A DNA stretch of 63,097 bases, filler included, from Chiloscyllium plagiosum (GCF_004010195.1; 7 parts of 7 records of this genome joined end to end with filler, not necessarily neighbours in it); one strand, 5' to 3'. Positions 26,123 through 40,153 are shown, numbered from the whole stretch's first letter. Notes: a model not told the origin generated them from the sequence alone. Program-made: numbers and translations.

Positions 26123-28575
26123 CTCCTGTTCCCTGGATGCTGCCTGACCTGCTGTGCTGTTCCAGCAATAAAGTTTCAACTTTGATCTCCAGCATCTGCA
26201 GACCTCACTTTCTCCTCACTGCAGATCAGCCTCACAATCCACATCCTTTATTGTCTCCCTCTCATCTTGCTCTGCAACGTTTACTTATCACAGTAAACCA
26301 TAGTTAGAACACCTCTTCCCCACTTTGGCCTGAATTTCCATTTCACAAAGTTTTAAGTGTAGTCAGTCAGAACTCACTCAGCCTGGATCTGATTGAGCTG
26401 AGGTCCCACAGCTGCTGTTCCAACACTAACCATATGCCTTGTAACCTGTGCATAGAGTCATCTCTTTCTTACAAGCACCTGATGAGGAAGCAGCACTTCA
26501 AAAGCTAGTGCTTCCAAATTAACCTGTTGGACTACAACCTGGCATCATGTAATTTTTAAACTTTGTCCACCCCAGTTCAACGCCAGCCCATCAAAAATCA
26601 TTCTTACAAAGGTCAGGTCTGCACAAGGAACTTATTTAGCTACCCCAATCAAAACCTCATTTAAATAAAGGAACTCAAGTACTTGAATTCTAACAATCAG
26701 ACAACTTTAATCGGAAAAATATACTTACCTAATCTGATTATATTAATAAAGTGTAAATTTGGAAAGGATATTCCAGCTGTGTTTCCGCTTTAAAATTTCC
26801 AACAAAAGTCAGTCAGAACTCACTCAACCGACATCTCACACTGCTGTAGTCCCAACACTAACAGTGCTTGTTACAAACTCTGAGAAAAGTCTGCTCAGAA
26901 CCTTATGAACCACTCCAATCAACAGCACATTTACACAAAGGAACAAAAGGACTAGATATAAGAAGAGGCCATTCAACCCCTCAAATCCACCCTACCACAT
27001 TTAATACACTCTCATCTCAGCCTAATCTCCACTTTCCTGCCTGCTCTCTATAACCTTTCAACTCATTACTAATTAAAAACGTGTCTATCTCCTTAAAATA
27101 TACTCAATGCCCCAGCATCTACCACACTCTGAGGTAGTGAATTCTGTGAATTCACAGCCTTTTGATAGAATCTTACTTGTTTCGATAAGGTCTTCACTCA
27201 TTCTTCTAAACTTCAATGACTACAAAGGCCAACCTACTCAACCTCTTCCACTGGATTCCCTCCTGTACCAGTAAATCTTTCTGTATTCTAGGCACTCTGA
27301 TACAATACCTAGCTTCCTGGAAAGAGTAAATGTGTCCAAGACCTTTTGCTGAGAAAAATGAGAGCAGAAATTATAGACCAGTTAAGCTTGGTTGTCAGGA
27401 AAGTACAAGAGTCTATAATTAAGAGTAGGCTGACTGAACACCTCCAACATTTTCAGCTGATCAGAAAGAGTCTAACTTGTAAAGAATAGGTCATGCCAAA
27501 TAAATTATATTGTGTCACTAGCACAGAATGCCTTTAGATATTTTTGTATAGATTTCCATAGACACTTAATAAAATTCCTCCTAAGAGACTGTTAGCTGTG
27601 AGGTTCTGAGTAATAGGAACAATTTATTGATCAGCACAGGGAGATAGGCTGAGCAGCTGGAGGCAGTAGGAATATTGGAGAGGGACCTAAAATGGCACAA
27701 TGTACCTAGTGGAATCTCACGAAAATCTGTGCTGGAGCTTCAACTATTTAAGGTATTTACCAACAAAGTAAATGAGAAATAGAAAGGAAATATCCAAACT
27801 CGCAAATGGTATAAAAATACAGAGTCTTATAAACTGTGTGAATGTCAACATAACATTACAGAAATATTAACAGATGAAATCAATGGGCAAAACTGCAGCA
27901 AATGCATTTCAAGGCCCAGAGAGTCAGACATATTGCTGACTCTGCAGTTACATGTCAATCAGAGCAGGGAAGTGACCAGGATTTCCTTCCCTACAGGACA
28001 TTAGTGAACCATATGGGTTAAGGACAATCACTGAAATATTATACGTACATTCACACAGGTTAAAAAGCTCTCTGTTTGTGCCATGTGCAAATTTGGATAA
28101 GTGCTTTCTTATTCAGCAACAAATTAGATGAGGGCTATCATTAGCCAATGTTTAAAAATTGAATTCAAATTTTAATGCCTGCAATAGTAGGGTTCAAACC
28201 CACGACCCTAGAACATAGAACAATACAGCACAGAACAGGCCCTTCGGCCCATGATGTTGTGCCGAACATTTGTGCTTTCTTATTCAGCAACAAATTAGAT
28301 GAGGGCTATCATTAGCCAATGTTTAAAAATTGAATTCAAATTTTAATGCCTGCAATAGTAGGGTTCAAACCCACGACCCTAGAACATAGAACAATACAGC
28401 ACAGAACAGGCCCTTCGGCCCATGATGTTGTGCCGAACATTTGTCCTAGCTTAAGCACCCATCCATGTACCTATCCAATTGCCGCTTAAAGGTCACCAAA
28501 GATTCTGACTCTGACACTCCCACAGGCAGCGCATTCCATGCCCCCACACTCTCTGGGTAAAGAACCTACCCCTGA

Positions 28576-28675
28576 NNNNNNNNNNNNNNNNNNNNNNNNN
28601 NNNNNNNNNNNNNNNNNNNTTAATTAATTAANNNNNNNNNNNNNNNNNNNNNNNNNNNNNNNNNNNNNNNNNNNN
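28576..28675. other. Artificial scaffold-joining spacer (44 N + TTAATTAATTAA + 44 N)
   Basis: Identical 100-bp construct at 28576, 44182, 47109, 50131, 60292 and 61642. The 12-mer gives stops in all six frames. Confidence 0.95.
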
Positions 28676-29429
28676 CCCCATTAGCAAAACTACACATGTC
28701 TGAGCACTAGTTTGCTTCCTGAATCACCACGTGGTGTGCTGGGTTTACACACTGTCCAGCCAACTCACCCACTCTATATAATTTCTTCCTAATATTTATC
28801 ATGTAGCCCAAATATTTCATCTTTGAACTCTTGACTCTTCAATACTTCCTGAATTAATTTAAATGGTCCCCCCACCTCATGTCCGAATACAAATTCAAAT
28901 TTAGCTGATTTATTAGGTACATCCCAAATTGAAAAAAAAATACAAATACAATTTTGTTCTCCCAGTTGTGATGCTACTGTGGCATTAAGTGATGGATTTT
29001 ACCCTAGTTTTTATTGAAGAGAGATTTTAAGGCAGAGGTACTGAGCCGTCCAGCTGAACCATGGGAGCAAACAGCTTGTGAGGCCTTGGGGTTTTTATAA
29101 GTTGGAATAATAGAAGCAGCCTGAATGACCCTGTGGGGTCAGGCTCCCACAGAACCAGGATTTTTTATATACGTTTCAACAGTTACTGTTGGGTCTTGAT
29201 GACCTGGAATCTATTTATCCCTCTCTCAGTTACAGCCAAAAGCTGGGGGTTCTCTTCCTGTTATTGCAGTTGGATGTGAGACAGTCTGTTTTCCGAATTT
29301 ACATTTTGCCAAGGGTGTATTTATGGGATATTACTCTATTGGAACAGTTAATTAGAAATAGTTACTGCTTCAATTATTCTGTTATGTTTTCCAATAGAAT
29401 TAAGTTAATTTGTTGTATTTTAACGAAAG

Positions 29430-31011
29430 TGGATGAATATCATGTCTTGAAATGGTTCAAGGTGGATAACTCCCCAGGACCTGATCAGGTGTACCCAACA
29501 ACTCTGTGGGAAGCTAGAGAAGTGATTGCTGGGCCTTATTTGTATCATCGATAGTCATAGGTGAGGTGCCGGAAGCCTGGAGATTGGCTAACGTGGTGCC
29601 ACTGTTTAAGAAGGGCGGTTAAGACAAACCAGGGAACTGTAGACCGATGAGCCTGACCTCGGTGGTGGGCAAGTTGTTGGAGGGAATCCTGAGGGACAGG
29701 ATGTACATGTATTTGGAAAGGCAAGGACTGATTCGGGATAGTCAACATGGCTTTGTGCATGGGAAATCATGTCTCACAAACTTGATTGAGTTTTTTGAAG
29801 AAGTAACAAAGAAGATTGATGAGGGCAAAGCAGTAGATGTGATCTATGTGGACTTCAATAAGGCATTCAACAAGGTTCCCCATGGGAGACTGATTAGCAA
29901 GGTAGAATCTCATGGAATATAGGGAGAACTAGCCATTTGGATACAGAACTGGCTCAAAGGTAGAAGACAGAGAGTGGTGGTGGAGAGTTGTTTTTCAGAC
30001 TGGAGGCCTGTGACCAGTGGAGTGCCACAAGGATCCGTGCTGAGCCCTCTACTTTTTGTCATTTACATAATTGATTTGGTTGCGAGCATAAGAGGTACAG
30101 TTAGTAAGTTTGCAGATGACACCAAAAGTGGAGACGTAGTGGACAGCGAAGAGGGTTACTTCAGATTACAACAAGATCTTGACCAAATGGGCCAATGGGC
30201 TGAGAAGTGGCAGGAATCTGAAGTTTGATTCAGATAAATGTGAGGTGCTGCATTTTGGGAAAGCAAATCTTAGCAGGACTTATACACTTAATGGTAAGGT
30301 CCGAGGGAGTGTTGCTGAACAAAGAAACCTTGGAGTGCAGGTTCATACCTCCTTGAAAGTGGAGTTGCACGTAGATAAGATATTGAAGAAGGTGTTTGGT
30401 ATGTTTTCCTCTATTGGTCAGAGTATTGAGTGCAGGAGTTGAGAGGTCATGTTGCAGCTGTACAGGATATACCAATGTTAGGCCACTGTTGGGATATTGC
30501 GTGCAACTCTGGTCTCCTTCCTATCGGAAAGATGTTGTGAAACTTGAAAGGGTTCAGAAAAGATTTACAAGGATGTTGCCAGGGTTGGAGGATCTGAGCT
30601 ACAGGGAGTGGCTTAACAGTCTGGGGCTGTTTTCCATGGAGTGTCAGAGGTTGAGGGGTGACTTTATAGAGATTTACAAAATTATGAGGGGCATGGATAG
30701 GATAAATAGACAAAGTCTTTTCCCTGGGGTCGGGGAGCCCAGAACTAGAGTGCATAGGTTTAGGGTGAGAGGTGAAACACATACAGGGTGGTATGTGCAT
30801 GGAATGAGCTGCCAGAGGATGTGGTAGAGGCTGGTACAATTGCAACATTTAAGAGGCATTTGGATGGGTATACGAATAGGAAGGGTTTGGAGGGATAGGG
30901 GCCGGTTGCTGGCAGGTGGGGCTAGATTGGGTTGAGATATGTGGTCGGATGGACGGGTTGGACTGAAGGGTCTGTTTCCATGCTGTACATCTCTACGACT
31001 CTGTGACTCTA
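29430..31011 (+). mobile_element. 5'-truncated CR1/HER1-type LINE (RT domain and 3' tail)
   Basis: SQHGF..GKSCLTNL, SGVPQGSVL.PLLF, KFADDTK and LERVQKRFTRM with stops and frameshifts. Ends in a (GACTCTAT)-like tail. Confidence 0.9.
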
Positions 31012-31209
31012 AAGCGTGTTTTGCTTTAAATCCGGTAGTTTGACCAATCAAATTGCATCTGGAATTTGGAACCAAGAATTTATCTATTACTCCAACCACT
31101 GCGTTTCATCTGGAATGCAGCACCTCATGTTGAGCTTTAAAATAATAAAAAGTTAGTTAGACTATCTTCTGAATATTTTGAGGGGCTTTGGTCAGGTTCT
31201 GAACACAAT

Positions 31210-34200
31210 CCTCTGGATAGTCTTGACTGTAGGCCCTCAATATAGTTTTTACAGTTTGATGTCACTGCTCTAATGCTTCCCGTGATTCTGGATGTTATAT
31301 AATTGATTTAAACTGTTTTGACTCCTCAGCTGTTCATAATTTCCTTGAATAACTTTGATATAAAGTTTGAGCCTTATTCCAGTTGCATTTCTACTGATTG
31401 TCTGTATCTAGAGGAAAAAAAATCATAGAATCCCTGCAGTGTGGAAACAGGCCCTTCGGCCTAACAAGTCCACACTGACCCTGCAAAGAGTTACCACCCA
31501 GGCTCACTCCCCCTGCCTGATATTTGCCCCTAGTTAATGCACCTTACCTACACATCTCTGGACACAATGGGCAATTTAGCATGGCCAATTCACCTAACCA
31601 GCCCTTCTTTAGATTGTGGGAGGAAACCAGAGCACCTGGAGGAAACCCACACAGGTACAGGGAGAATATGCAAACTCCACACAGACAGTCTCCCAAGGTT
31701 GGAATCGAACCCAGGTCCCTGAGCTGTGAGGCAACACTGCTAACAACTGAGCCACCGTGCTGCCTAAAAATTGAATAATTCTTCTAAACTCCTTGCAGAT
31801 GGAGTGGCCTCTGGAAATCTCGTAGACACATCCATTATGGTCAACAAATACTGATTCTCACTTTTTGTTTTAGGGTTGGGTCCAATGCAATTAATTAAGA
31901 CTTTTGTTAAAGATTTATAAAATGCTGATTTTATCACTGCCTAACGTTTTCCAATTATCTGACATGTCTGACATGTCTGGCAAAATGCAACAACATCTTT
32001 CTGCAGTCCAGGCCAATAAAGATAAACTTATTTTTTGGCTTGAGTTTTCCTTATTTCCAAATGACCTCCTACTGGTAACTCTCATGGTGCTACCCACGCT
32101 AACGTCTCTGAACTAGAAAACATCCAGTTTGTTCTCCAACTGTTCTTGCTTTTTCTCAACAACGTTACTGATAATTGAATTTAAACTTCCTTATCTTTTC
32201 TCTTTGATTTCTCCTTCTGTGGCTTTGTGACCTTGTTATCACACATTCAGGAATAATTCCAGGATAAACAGTTTCTGGAACCAAGAATTTCTCTATTACT
32301 CCAACCACTGCGTTTCATCAGACCCTCTAACTTAGCCTGACATGATGGAACACTATGTTTCTCACTATGGACTCCATGGTTACCATATTACCATGTATTC
32401 TGGCAAAACTCCTTCCAATTACATATCTCTTTATCTCTCACTATCAAAGATTGACTTGCTCCTGTATTTCTTAAAACCTTAATTTCTTTTCCTGCTGCTC
32501 TTGGTAAACATGAGGAAACTTTACTCACACAAGTGTTGCAAAGTTGGGAAGATTACTTGTGGATTTGAAGGCAGGAAGTTAGAATTTAGTGTTTGTAAAA
32601 TGCTAGGAGCGGAAGGTGGAAGCATTGTGTGGTCCCTTTAAAAGATCATGTGCTTTTTCCGTGCTTAGACATTTAAAATGGATGTCTGTGAACAGCAGCT
32701 TGAATGTTTGCAGGTACATAGAGAGCACCCAAACTGAAACATTATATCAAAAGGCCATACAGTTAGCAGACATTTTTTCAATACAATCGGCTTTTGAATT
32801 TAGCTAATTAATTTGAACCAGGTACTTAGATACCAAAAATCTATTAAATTTAAGTCTGATGATTTTGACAACATGGGACCAATCCTATTGTGTGAAGTAT
32901 TGATGTGTCATCAAGGGGATAAAGCTAGGGGCCAGTTGGATAAAGACCTCAGAGCTAACTACCCTCCAGCAGAGCCAACAGCCCTCAGTTCTCAAGAGAA
33001 AATCATTGGCTCTCACACCCTCATCTATGTCTTAGAGAAAGTATCACCAAAATAAAAATGATACTAATGGCACAAATAGTTAATATTCCTGACTGAAGAA
33101 TTGACAGAGAAAGCACACAATATTCCAGAAGACACATAACCTGGCAGTAATTTCAAGAGACTAAATTCTTTTTTTATGTACGTGGGAGTGGCATTTATTG
33201 GACCAACATACCATTAGAATCTTGCTGTATTTGGGAATAGTTAGCAGTTAGTAGGAATTTATTCTGTTTGTACATAGTTAAGTTAATTTGTTCACTGTTA
33301 GAGTTAGATAAATAAATGGTTGCTTGTTGATTTTAAAGTGAGTGTTAGGGATTTATTTTATTTCTCCACTTGAAGTTGCTGAGTTCCACCACTCTGCACA
33401 CCCCCTTTTACAGATTATGAGGCCATGGGCTCCTCTTTGGGGATTCCGGTTTAGTCCTTGGAGGGTGGGGTCAACCTCCACTTTATAACACATGGAAACT
33501 CTTGGCATTTTTAACTCTCTGCTCCTCCACATGAATCCTCATTACTTCACAAAGGGAATTGTTGAACTCCAGCGCAGTAGTCCCTCCAAGACTGTGATAT
33601 GTGTCTGATTTATTTTCATGCCCTCATCCACGAAGCAAAGTTACTTTGTTTGATCTTTTCAAACTCGCTGTATTTTTGACCAGGTTCTTTCCTTAGATTT
33701 TGAAATTGTTTTCTGTCGGCGTCTAGTACAAGTTCATATGCACTGAGAACATAAAACATAACAGCGCAGTTCATACACATTTAAGATGGCTGTTTTTAGA
33801 ATCATAGATTTATAGAGTCCCGACAGTGTGGGGACAGGCCATTGGGCCCAACAAGTCCACACCAACCCACTGAAGAGTAACCCACCCAGACCCATTCCCC
33901 TACCGTATTCCTCTACGTTCCCTCTATGTACCTAGCCGATACATCCCTGAACGCTATGGGCAATTCAGCATGACCAATTCACCGAACCTGCACATCTTTG
34001 GACTGTGGGAGGAAACCGGAGCACCCAGAGGAAACCCACACAGACATGGGGAGAATATGCAAACTCCACACAGACAGTTGCCCGTGGTTGGAATCGAACC
34101 CGGGTCCCTGGCGCTGTGAGGCAGCAGTGCTAACCACCCATCTTGTCATACTCCCCAGATACCTCCCCTGTTTGTGATGCAAACACTTCACTTGCCCTAC

Positions 34201-34720
34201 CTACCAACTTTGTTTGAATCAACAATACCCACATGGTCACAAGCCATTTCATTTGTTTTGCCACTTTCTTAAATGAAACAAAGAAGTCTTTTATGGCTTT
34301 CTTGTCTAACTTTGGTAACACTTGGACATATTTAAACAGATTCCTACCAGGCCTTTGGCTTTGATAGTTGCTGTTCACCATTGTCCTCACCACTACTCTC
34401 CCCTTTTACCTTTGCCACCATCACTTGGAATCAACTTGCCTTTTTTCAAAACTCTGAAGTTCAAAATCTCCCTCGTTATGCATTTCACCGGCTTTTAATT
34501 GTTATGCAAATGCTTTCATTTCCTTTTCATAGTCAAGCTGTTTGAATTCGTTTGTTCTTTGTTCCACTGCAATTCCCTCTCTCTTTTCCTCACAGGCACA
34601 GGGAATCTCAACTTCAGCTTGTCTGCCAATTCTGAACGCTGGGCCTTATTCGCCTTCTACAAACCACCCCAAGTGACTCCATCCACACCCAGGAAATTCC
34701 CAGCCACTGAAAGTGCCATT
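31210..34720 (-). mobile_element. Scattered remnants of a second Gmr1-like element (gag, protease and integrase pieces) interrupted by SINEs
   Basis: The gag-like ORF 34130-34393 reads FFVSFKKVAKQMKW...LIQTKLVGRA. 31780-32110 is homologous to integrase region 10290-10650, and 34600-34720 to 12900-13028. Confidence 0.6.
33797..34140 (-). mobile_element. HE1-type SINE
   Basis: Same core as the other copies. Further copies at about 14995-15240 (+), 31424-31763 (-), 38783-38916 (-) and 47273-47572 (+). Confidence 0.8.
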
Positions 34721-36159
34721 ATTACACAAGACACACTTTATTTAAACCAACTGAATGCAAACAGAGAACTCAACACTCACCACTCACTGTCTTTGAGTCC
34801 AGGTACAGTCTCACTAATGCCTTGCATAATTCCAGCAATACATCCCTACCTTTCTACACTATTTCTTCAGCAATAAATGCTGACATTCTATTTGTCTCTT
34901 CCTCCCTTTTTAAACCATGATGTTATATTTGACACCCTCCAATCCACAGAGTCCAGAATTTTGGAAGATGAACCAACACATCCAACACTGCCAGGGCCAT
35001 TTTCTTTCGTACTCTCGGATGTAGATTATCAAGCTCTGGTGATTTGTCAACTTTTAGCAACATTATTTTGCCAGTACAGTCAGTTCTGCTACAACGTGAT
35101 AGTTAAATTCCTGTGCAATCCCGTGTCAGAAAAAAATTGCGTAATAGCAGCACCATTTAATCTAATGGGACTGAAATCACATGAGAACCAATATAGGCTT
35201 TGAAGGTTTGTGCTTTCAAATCAGTGTCTGCAATCCATCAATTGCTTTATAGTGAATTTGCATTAACAAAACATGCATTAAAGCAGAATGACCTGCACCA
35301 TTTTCTGACTGCTTTTGAACACAAACTTCGGTTCTGTCAAAGCAGAGCAGAAATAATCCCTGTTTAGTTGAGACAGGACCAAAGTTTGTGTTAAATTCTT
35401 TTGCCATTTCTTTGTTCCCCATTATAATTCCCCTGGCTTTTTTATTCTCTTCACTCATTGATATAAGTTTTTATAGTCAGTTTCCATGCTGCTGACTATT
35501 TTAACCTTGTACTCTGCTTTTCCCCTCTTGAATAAAGTTTTTGTTTTCGTTTGTTAAATTAAATGCTCCTAACCCTCAGGCTGCATTTTCTGGCAGTTTG
35601 CCATGTCTCCTCTTTGTATCTGACACTATCCCTAATTCCTTGTGTTGAGCCAGTTTCCTCTATTACTGCTGGACAAGATGGGAATGAATAATTGTTGTAA
35701 CTCATGTACACGACTTTAGATGTGAATCATTGCTGATCCACCATTAACCTTCTTAGCAAGGTTCCCTCATCCACCCTTTGCAATTCACGTCTCCGACCCT
35801 CATCATTCCATTATTTTGATTCGGAGCAGTGGAGGGAGTCCAAAAGCAGGAGACAAGGCTGATGCCCACAATCCTGGCTGTTACTGCAGTAACACTCATG
35901 TGAGGAACAAGAGCATGGCCAGAGTGAGGGTACAGCTGATCGGGGAAAGTGGAGGGAATTTGTGGCTGGACTTGGAGAATGAAGGGGATGTCCTGAATTG
36001 ATACTTTGCTTCAGTCTTTACTACTGAGAGGGAGAATGTGAGGTCTGCCGATGCTGGAGATCAGAGTCAAAAAGTGGAAAAGCACAGCCAGTCAGGCAGC
36101 ATCCGAGGAGCAGGAGAGTCAATGTTTCGAGCATAAGCTCTTCATCAGGAATGTTGATG

Positions 36160-36795
36160 AGGTATTCCACACCCATAGATCCCTTGAAATTTCCAACCAA
36201 GTTGTTAGGATTGTAAAGAAGGCATATGGTGTGTTCGCTTTCATTATTAGAGATTATGTTTAAGAGTCACGAGGTTATGCTGCAGCTCCATAAAGCCCTG
36301 CTTAGACCATCCTTGGAATATTGTGTTCAGTTCTGATCGCCTCAGTCTGAGAAGGATATGGACGCTCTGGAGAGGGTACAGAGGAGATTTACCAGGATGC
36401 TGTCTGGACTGGAGGGCATGTCTTATGAAGAAAGGTTGAGGGAGCTCGGGCTTTACTCATTGGAACGAAGAAGGATGAAAGGTGATTTGATAGATGTGTA
36501 CAAGATGGTGAGAGACATAGAGCGAATAGCCAGAGACTTTTTACCAGGGTGGAAATGGCTATCATGGAGGGTCATAATTTTAAGGGGATTGGAGGAAGGT
36601 TTAGGAGAGATGTGAGAGGTGGGTTCTTTACTCAGAGAGTGATGGGTGCATCACTGCCAGCAGTGGGAGTAGAGTCAGATATTTAAGCACCTCTTGGATA
36701 GGCACATGGATGATAGTAAAATGTGGGTTAGTTTGATGTTAATAGTAGGATAAAATCGAGGGCCGAAGAGCCTGTACTGTACAGTTCAATGTTCT
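36160..36795 (+). mobile_element. CR1-type LINE 3' fragment
   Basis: ALERVQRRFTRMLSGLEGMSYEERLRELGLYSLERRRMKGDLI. Confidence 0.85.
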
Positions 36796-37240
36796 TGGCC
36801 TGGGACAGTGAGGGGTTCGAGGAGGGTGGGTCACTGCCGGGTGGGCAATGTTGTGGATGACAGTGGGAATGTAGTCACTGGTTTTCACTGAATATCTTCT
36901 TCCCCATTCCCGAGACTGGGATCCCCAGACCCTGTGTGAACCACTTCATGACCATTCTCCCTGAGCCCAATGGCATTTAATGGGGGCTCAGGGACTCGCC
37001 CCAGGGTTGTGTGGGTCCCCGGAGACTCCTGAACACCTCCCCGGGTAGAGGTTACTGGGAGAGGCCACCCACCCACCCGCTAACCCCCTCCAGGGGAGAG
37101 GGGAGGGGGCTCCATTCAACTCTTACCTGAGAAGCTTCCCCATGGCAGAGGGGCTCCCGAAATACAGAGAGCCCACACCCTGTGTCCTGCCAACGGGAGA
37201 AAGGTCAGTTTTCCCTGTGTCTGTTTCACAGCGAGTAACT

Positions 37241-37304
37241 AAACCTGTCTGTGTCTGATCTCCCTGGGAACTGGTGACAGAACCTGTTCATCTCTTTATT
37301 GGGT
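37241..37304 (+). promoter_or_regulatory. MHC-type S-X-Y module
   Basis: S-like AAACCT (37241), X-like CCTGGGAACTGGTG(ACA) (37263-37276) and inverted CCAAT ATTGG (37298-37302). S-X spacing is about 16 bp and X-Y about 18 bp. TATAAA at 37365-37370. Confidence 0.6.
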
Positions 37305-37474
37305 TTTTTACTGAGACTGGGACTGAGACTGGCTCTGCAGCATGATCGGGAAATGGCACAGTGATATAAAAAATCATTTATTTTGTTAATTTTTCAGTTT
37401 GGAAACAGCAGATATTTTCCAATCACTGCTTTATTCCTAATCCCTGATGGGAATAGGGAGAGTGGATTCCCAGA

Positions 37475-37526
37475 ATGTTGCTGATCCTTTTCTCCATCTC
37501 CCTGTGTTTTTCCCGGGTCTCTCCCG
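37475..37526 (+). CDS. Signal-peptide exon, probably of an MHC gene
   Basis: MLLILFSISLCFSRVSP plus G, then GTAAGT donor. 52 bp, phase 1, downstream of S-X-Y and TATA. Confidence 0.7.
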
Positions 37527-39177
37527 GTAAGTACAGAATTCAGCTTTCCATTCTCTCTCTCTCTCTCTCTGTGTCTGGGGTGAATGTGAATCTCTTGGTG
37601 AGAGTTTGAAATGGGGGATGTTTGACCAGCCGCCTGTTATACAGCCAGCCTAATCTTTTACACATTGAAGGCAGCACAGTCTGGGAGACTCTGATGGGAT
37701 TTGTGTCCAGGTCTCCTGACAGCAGGATGTAGAAACCCTGAGATCAGAGAAGCTCCGAGCAAATGGGAAATGGTTCCAATGGAGAAGTTTAATTTTCACA
37801 TCGATTGGGAGAAGCTCCGTTGTTCCTAATTTCAAGGTGTGGGGGGAGCTGCAGATAAAGGGGGAGGTAGGGTGGTGAAGTGGGGATGGGTGAAGACAGT
37901 TGGAGGGTATGACCTGGCTGGTCAATGGGAGGAATGAATCCAGGCGGCAGAGAGCAGAAGATCTGGAGAACTCAATGCTGAGTCCTCCGGGCTGGTGTCT
38001 GCCCAGGTGGAAGATGAGGTGTTGTTCCTCCAATTTGCACTATGGCTCATTTTGGCAATGAAGGAGGCCAAGGATGGTCATGTTGGAAAGGGAGTAGTTG
38101 GGGAATTGAAATGGGCGGTGACTGGGAGGATGGTCATGTTGGAAAGGGAGTGGTCTCATCTTTCCAGGAAGATTCAACCCCCAGCAGAAAGGACCTTCCT
38201 GAATGGACAGTTGGAATGTTGAAATGGAGCTGATTTTACAAATGGTTCTGAAGTGTTAGTCTGATTATCTAACTATTAAAATGGATTTTATTTAATTGCT
38301 TTTCTTAACAAAATTGAACTGACATTTCCAGTATTCTGAAATCAACATGACTTTTAATCACGTTTCTTTTGACATGACGCGAAAGGAATTTAAATCAATT
38401 TGAGCTGGATAAGACTTTTAAACATAAATTGGATTTTCCACCAAGTGACCCGCCTTGCAAATTTTAAGGTAAAAGACTCTCCAACATGGTGACGAGGGCG
38501 ATCAGTTGATGTGCAACATGGTGAAGGAGATGACTGAATTGTTCAAATCCCATTTCCCAGAGTGTGGACAAGTCAGAGATCATATTACAATTCTCTCTTG
38601 TTAACGTCTCAAGGATTGTGTGGGTCATTCAGCTGGTGGGCCTGCCCTTTCCTCCCTCCAATAGCTGCTGGGTCACCAGTCAGTGAAGTATTCCTGATTC
38701 CCAGCAGCTGCCTGGCCCCCTCTTCACACTCATTCAGATCCTTCCGAAAGGGTGTTCCCCCNNNNNNNNNNNNNNNNNNNNNCACCCGGAGGAAACCCAC
38801 GCAGACACGGGGAGAATGTGCAAACTCCACACAGTCAGTCGCCTGAGGCGGGAATTGAACCCGGGTCTCTGGCGCTGTGTGGCAGCAGTGCTAACCACTG
38901 TGCCGCCGTGCCGCCCACTGTATATGTATTTGCTAAACTCTGTGTGTCTATTTTAGACACCACACTTGCAAGTGTATAATAAACGATACTGCTGCTTCAG
39001 ATCTTGTCTCGGACTGAAATTATTGATGTGAGTGAATTTCGTTTCTCACAATGGTCCGGGTGATTTTCCTCTGCTCTGTGTAGTTCTTCTGGGCTGCAGT
39101 GTTGGCTCATTGAAATAATGTTCTAATGCAGCTTCGTTTGTGGGTGTTGGGATGATTGCTTCTGTTGTTCAATATTT

Positions 39178-39490
39178 GGTCCACAAACCCACCAATACAC
39201 TAAAACCGCAGCTAATAAACTTGAGAAACCCGATACAGACAACAAGCAAAACTAATGTCATTTACAAAATACGATACAAGGACTGTAACAAACACTACAT
39301 TGGACAAACAGGCCGAAAACTAGCCACCAGGATACATGACCACCAACTAGCCACAAAAAGACATGATCTTCTCTCACTAGTATCCTCACAGACAACTGAT
39401 GAAACTTGGAAATGAACCATCCAGCTCAGCGAGCAAACCTATATTCAAAACCTCAACCTGAGCTGCAAATCTTCTCAAAACACGCTAATC
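39178..39490 (+). mobile_element. Penelope-like GIY-YIG fragment
   Basis: NVIYKIRYKDCNKHYIGQTGRKLATRIHDH, same family as 12082-12354. Confidence 0.8.
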
Positions 39491-39875
39491 TCTCTCATTC
39501 ACTCGATATTCAGTCAGTGAGGATGTGAGTGTGTGCGGCGGGTTTACTGATCGATATGAGACCTGGCCTGGGTCAATCAATCAAAAGGAAGATCAGACAG
39601 GGAACAAGATGTGTCTTTAAGTGCGTATGTGTGTGTTGTCGGATTTCTGAAACACAATGTAATAAATCACCATTGCCTCTGTTCCCATGTCCAGTCCCAG
39701 TTCTGTGTTGATTGGGACAATTGGGACAATTGTAACAGATCCTGCCCATTGGGAACTGATGGGATTAGTTGACACATTGTATTGACCTTGCCCAAATTCA
39801 CTCTTCAAATGCTGTTCCTTCATCAATGACATACACACACACAGACACACACACACACATACTCCAGTCCCTTAC

Positions 39876-40153
39876 CCCACTGATAGAGCTGGACCTCTGC
39901 CAGGCTGCTGTGTTCAATCTGACAGGAGTATTGATCCTCATCCCCAGCATTGATCTCAATCTCTTTCTGGATCTGATGGGTCCCATCGTGGTTCGGTCGT
40001 ACCCCCGAGGATTGGGTCTCAGACATGACCTCTCCATTCCTTAGCCAGGTCACCTCGATGTCCTGGGATAAAACCCAGTGACCAGGCAGGAGAGAGTGAG
40101 CGGCTTGTCCTGACCATTGGGCTCCCTCCTGGAGATGAACACTTCAGGCTGAA
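39876..40153 (-). pseudogene. Nonclassical MHC class I, alpha-3 exon (frameshifted)
   Basis: VQPEVFISRR...LTLSCLVTGFYP / DIEVTWLRNG...PNHDGTHQI...YSCQIEHSSL...W. 278 bp with a 1-nt deletion near 40062. cag acceptor and GTAAG donor. Confidence 0.9.

Noticed and set aside
26721-26730. U1 snRNA 5' end (ATACTTACCT)
   Set aside because: Only 10 nt match and no U1 body follows; it is the reverse complement of a splice donor.
28102-28443. Perfect tandem duplication of about 170-180 bp
   Set aside because: It is identical and adjacent to a LINE end at the scaffold edge, so most likely a gap-closing artefact.
28620-28631. Recurrent palindrome TTAATTAATTAA as a biological motif
   Set aside because: It is always centred in exactly 44 N + 44 N, so it is an assembly spacer.
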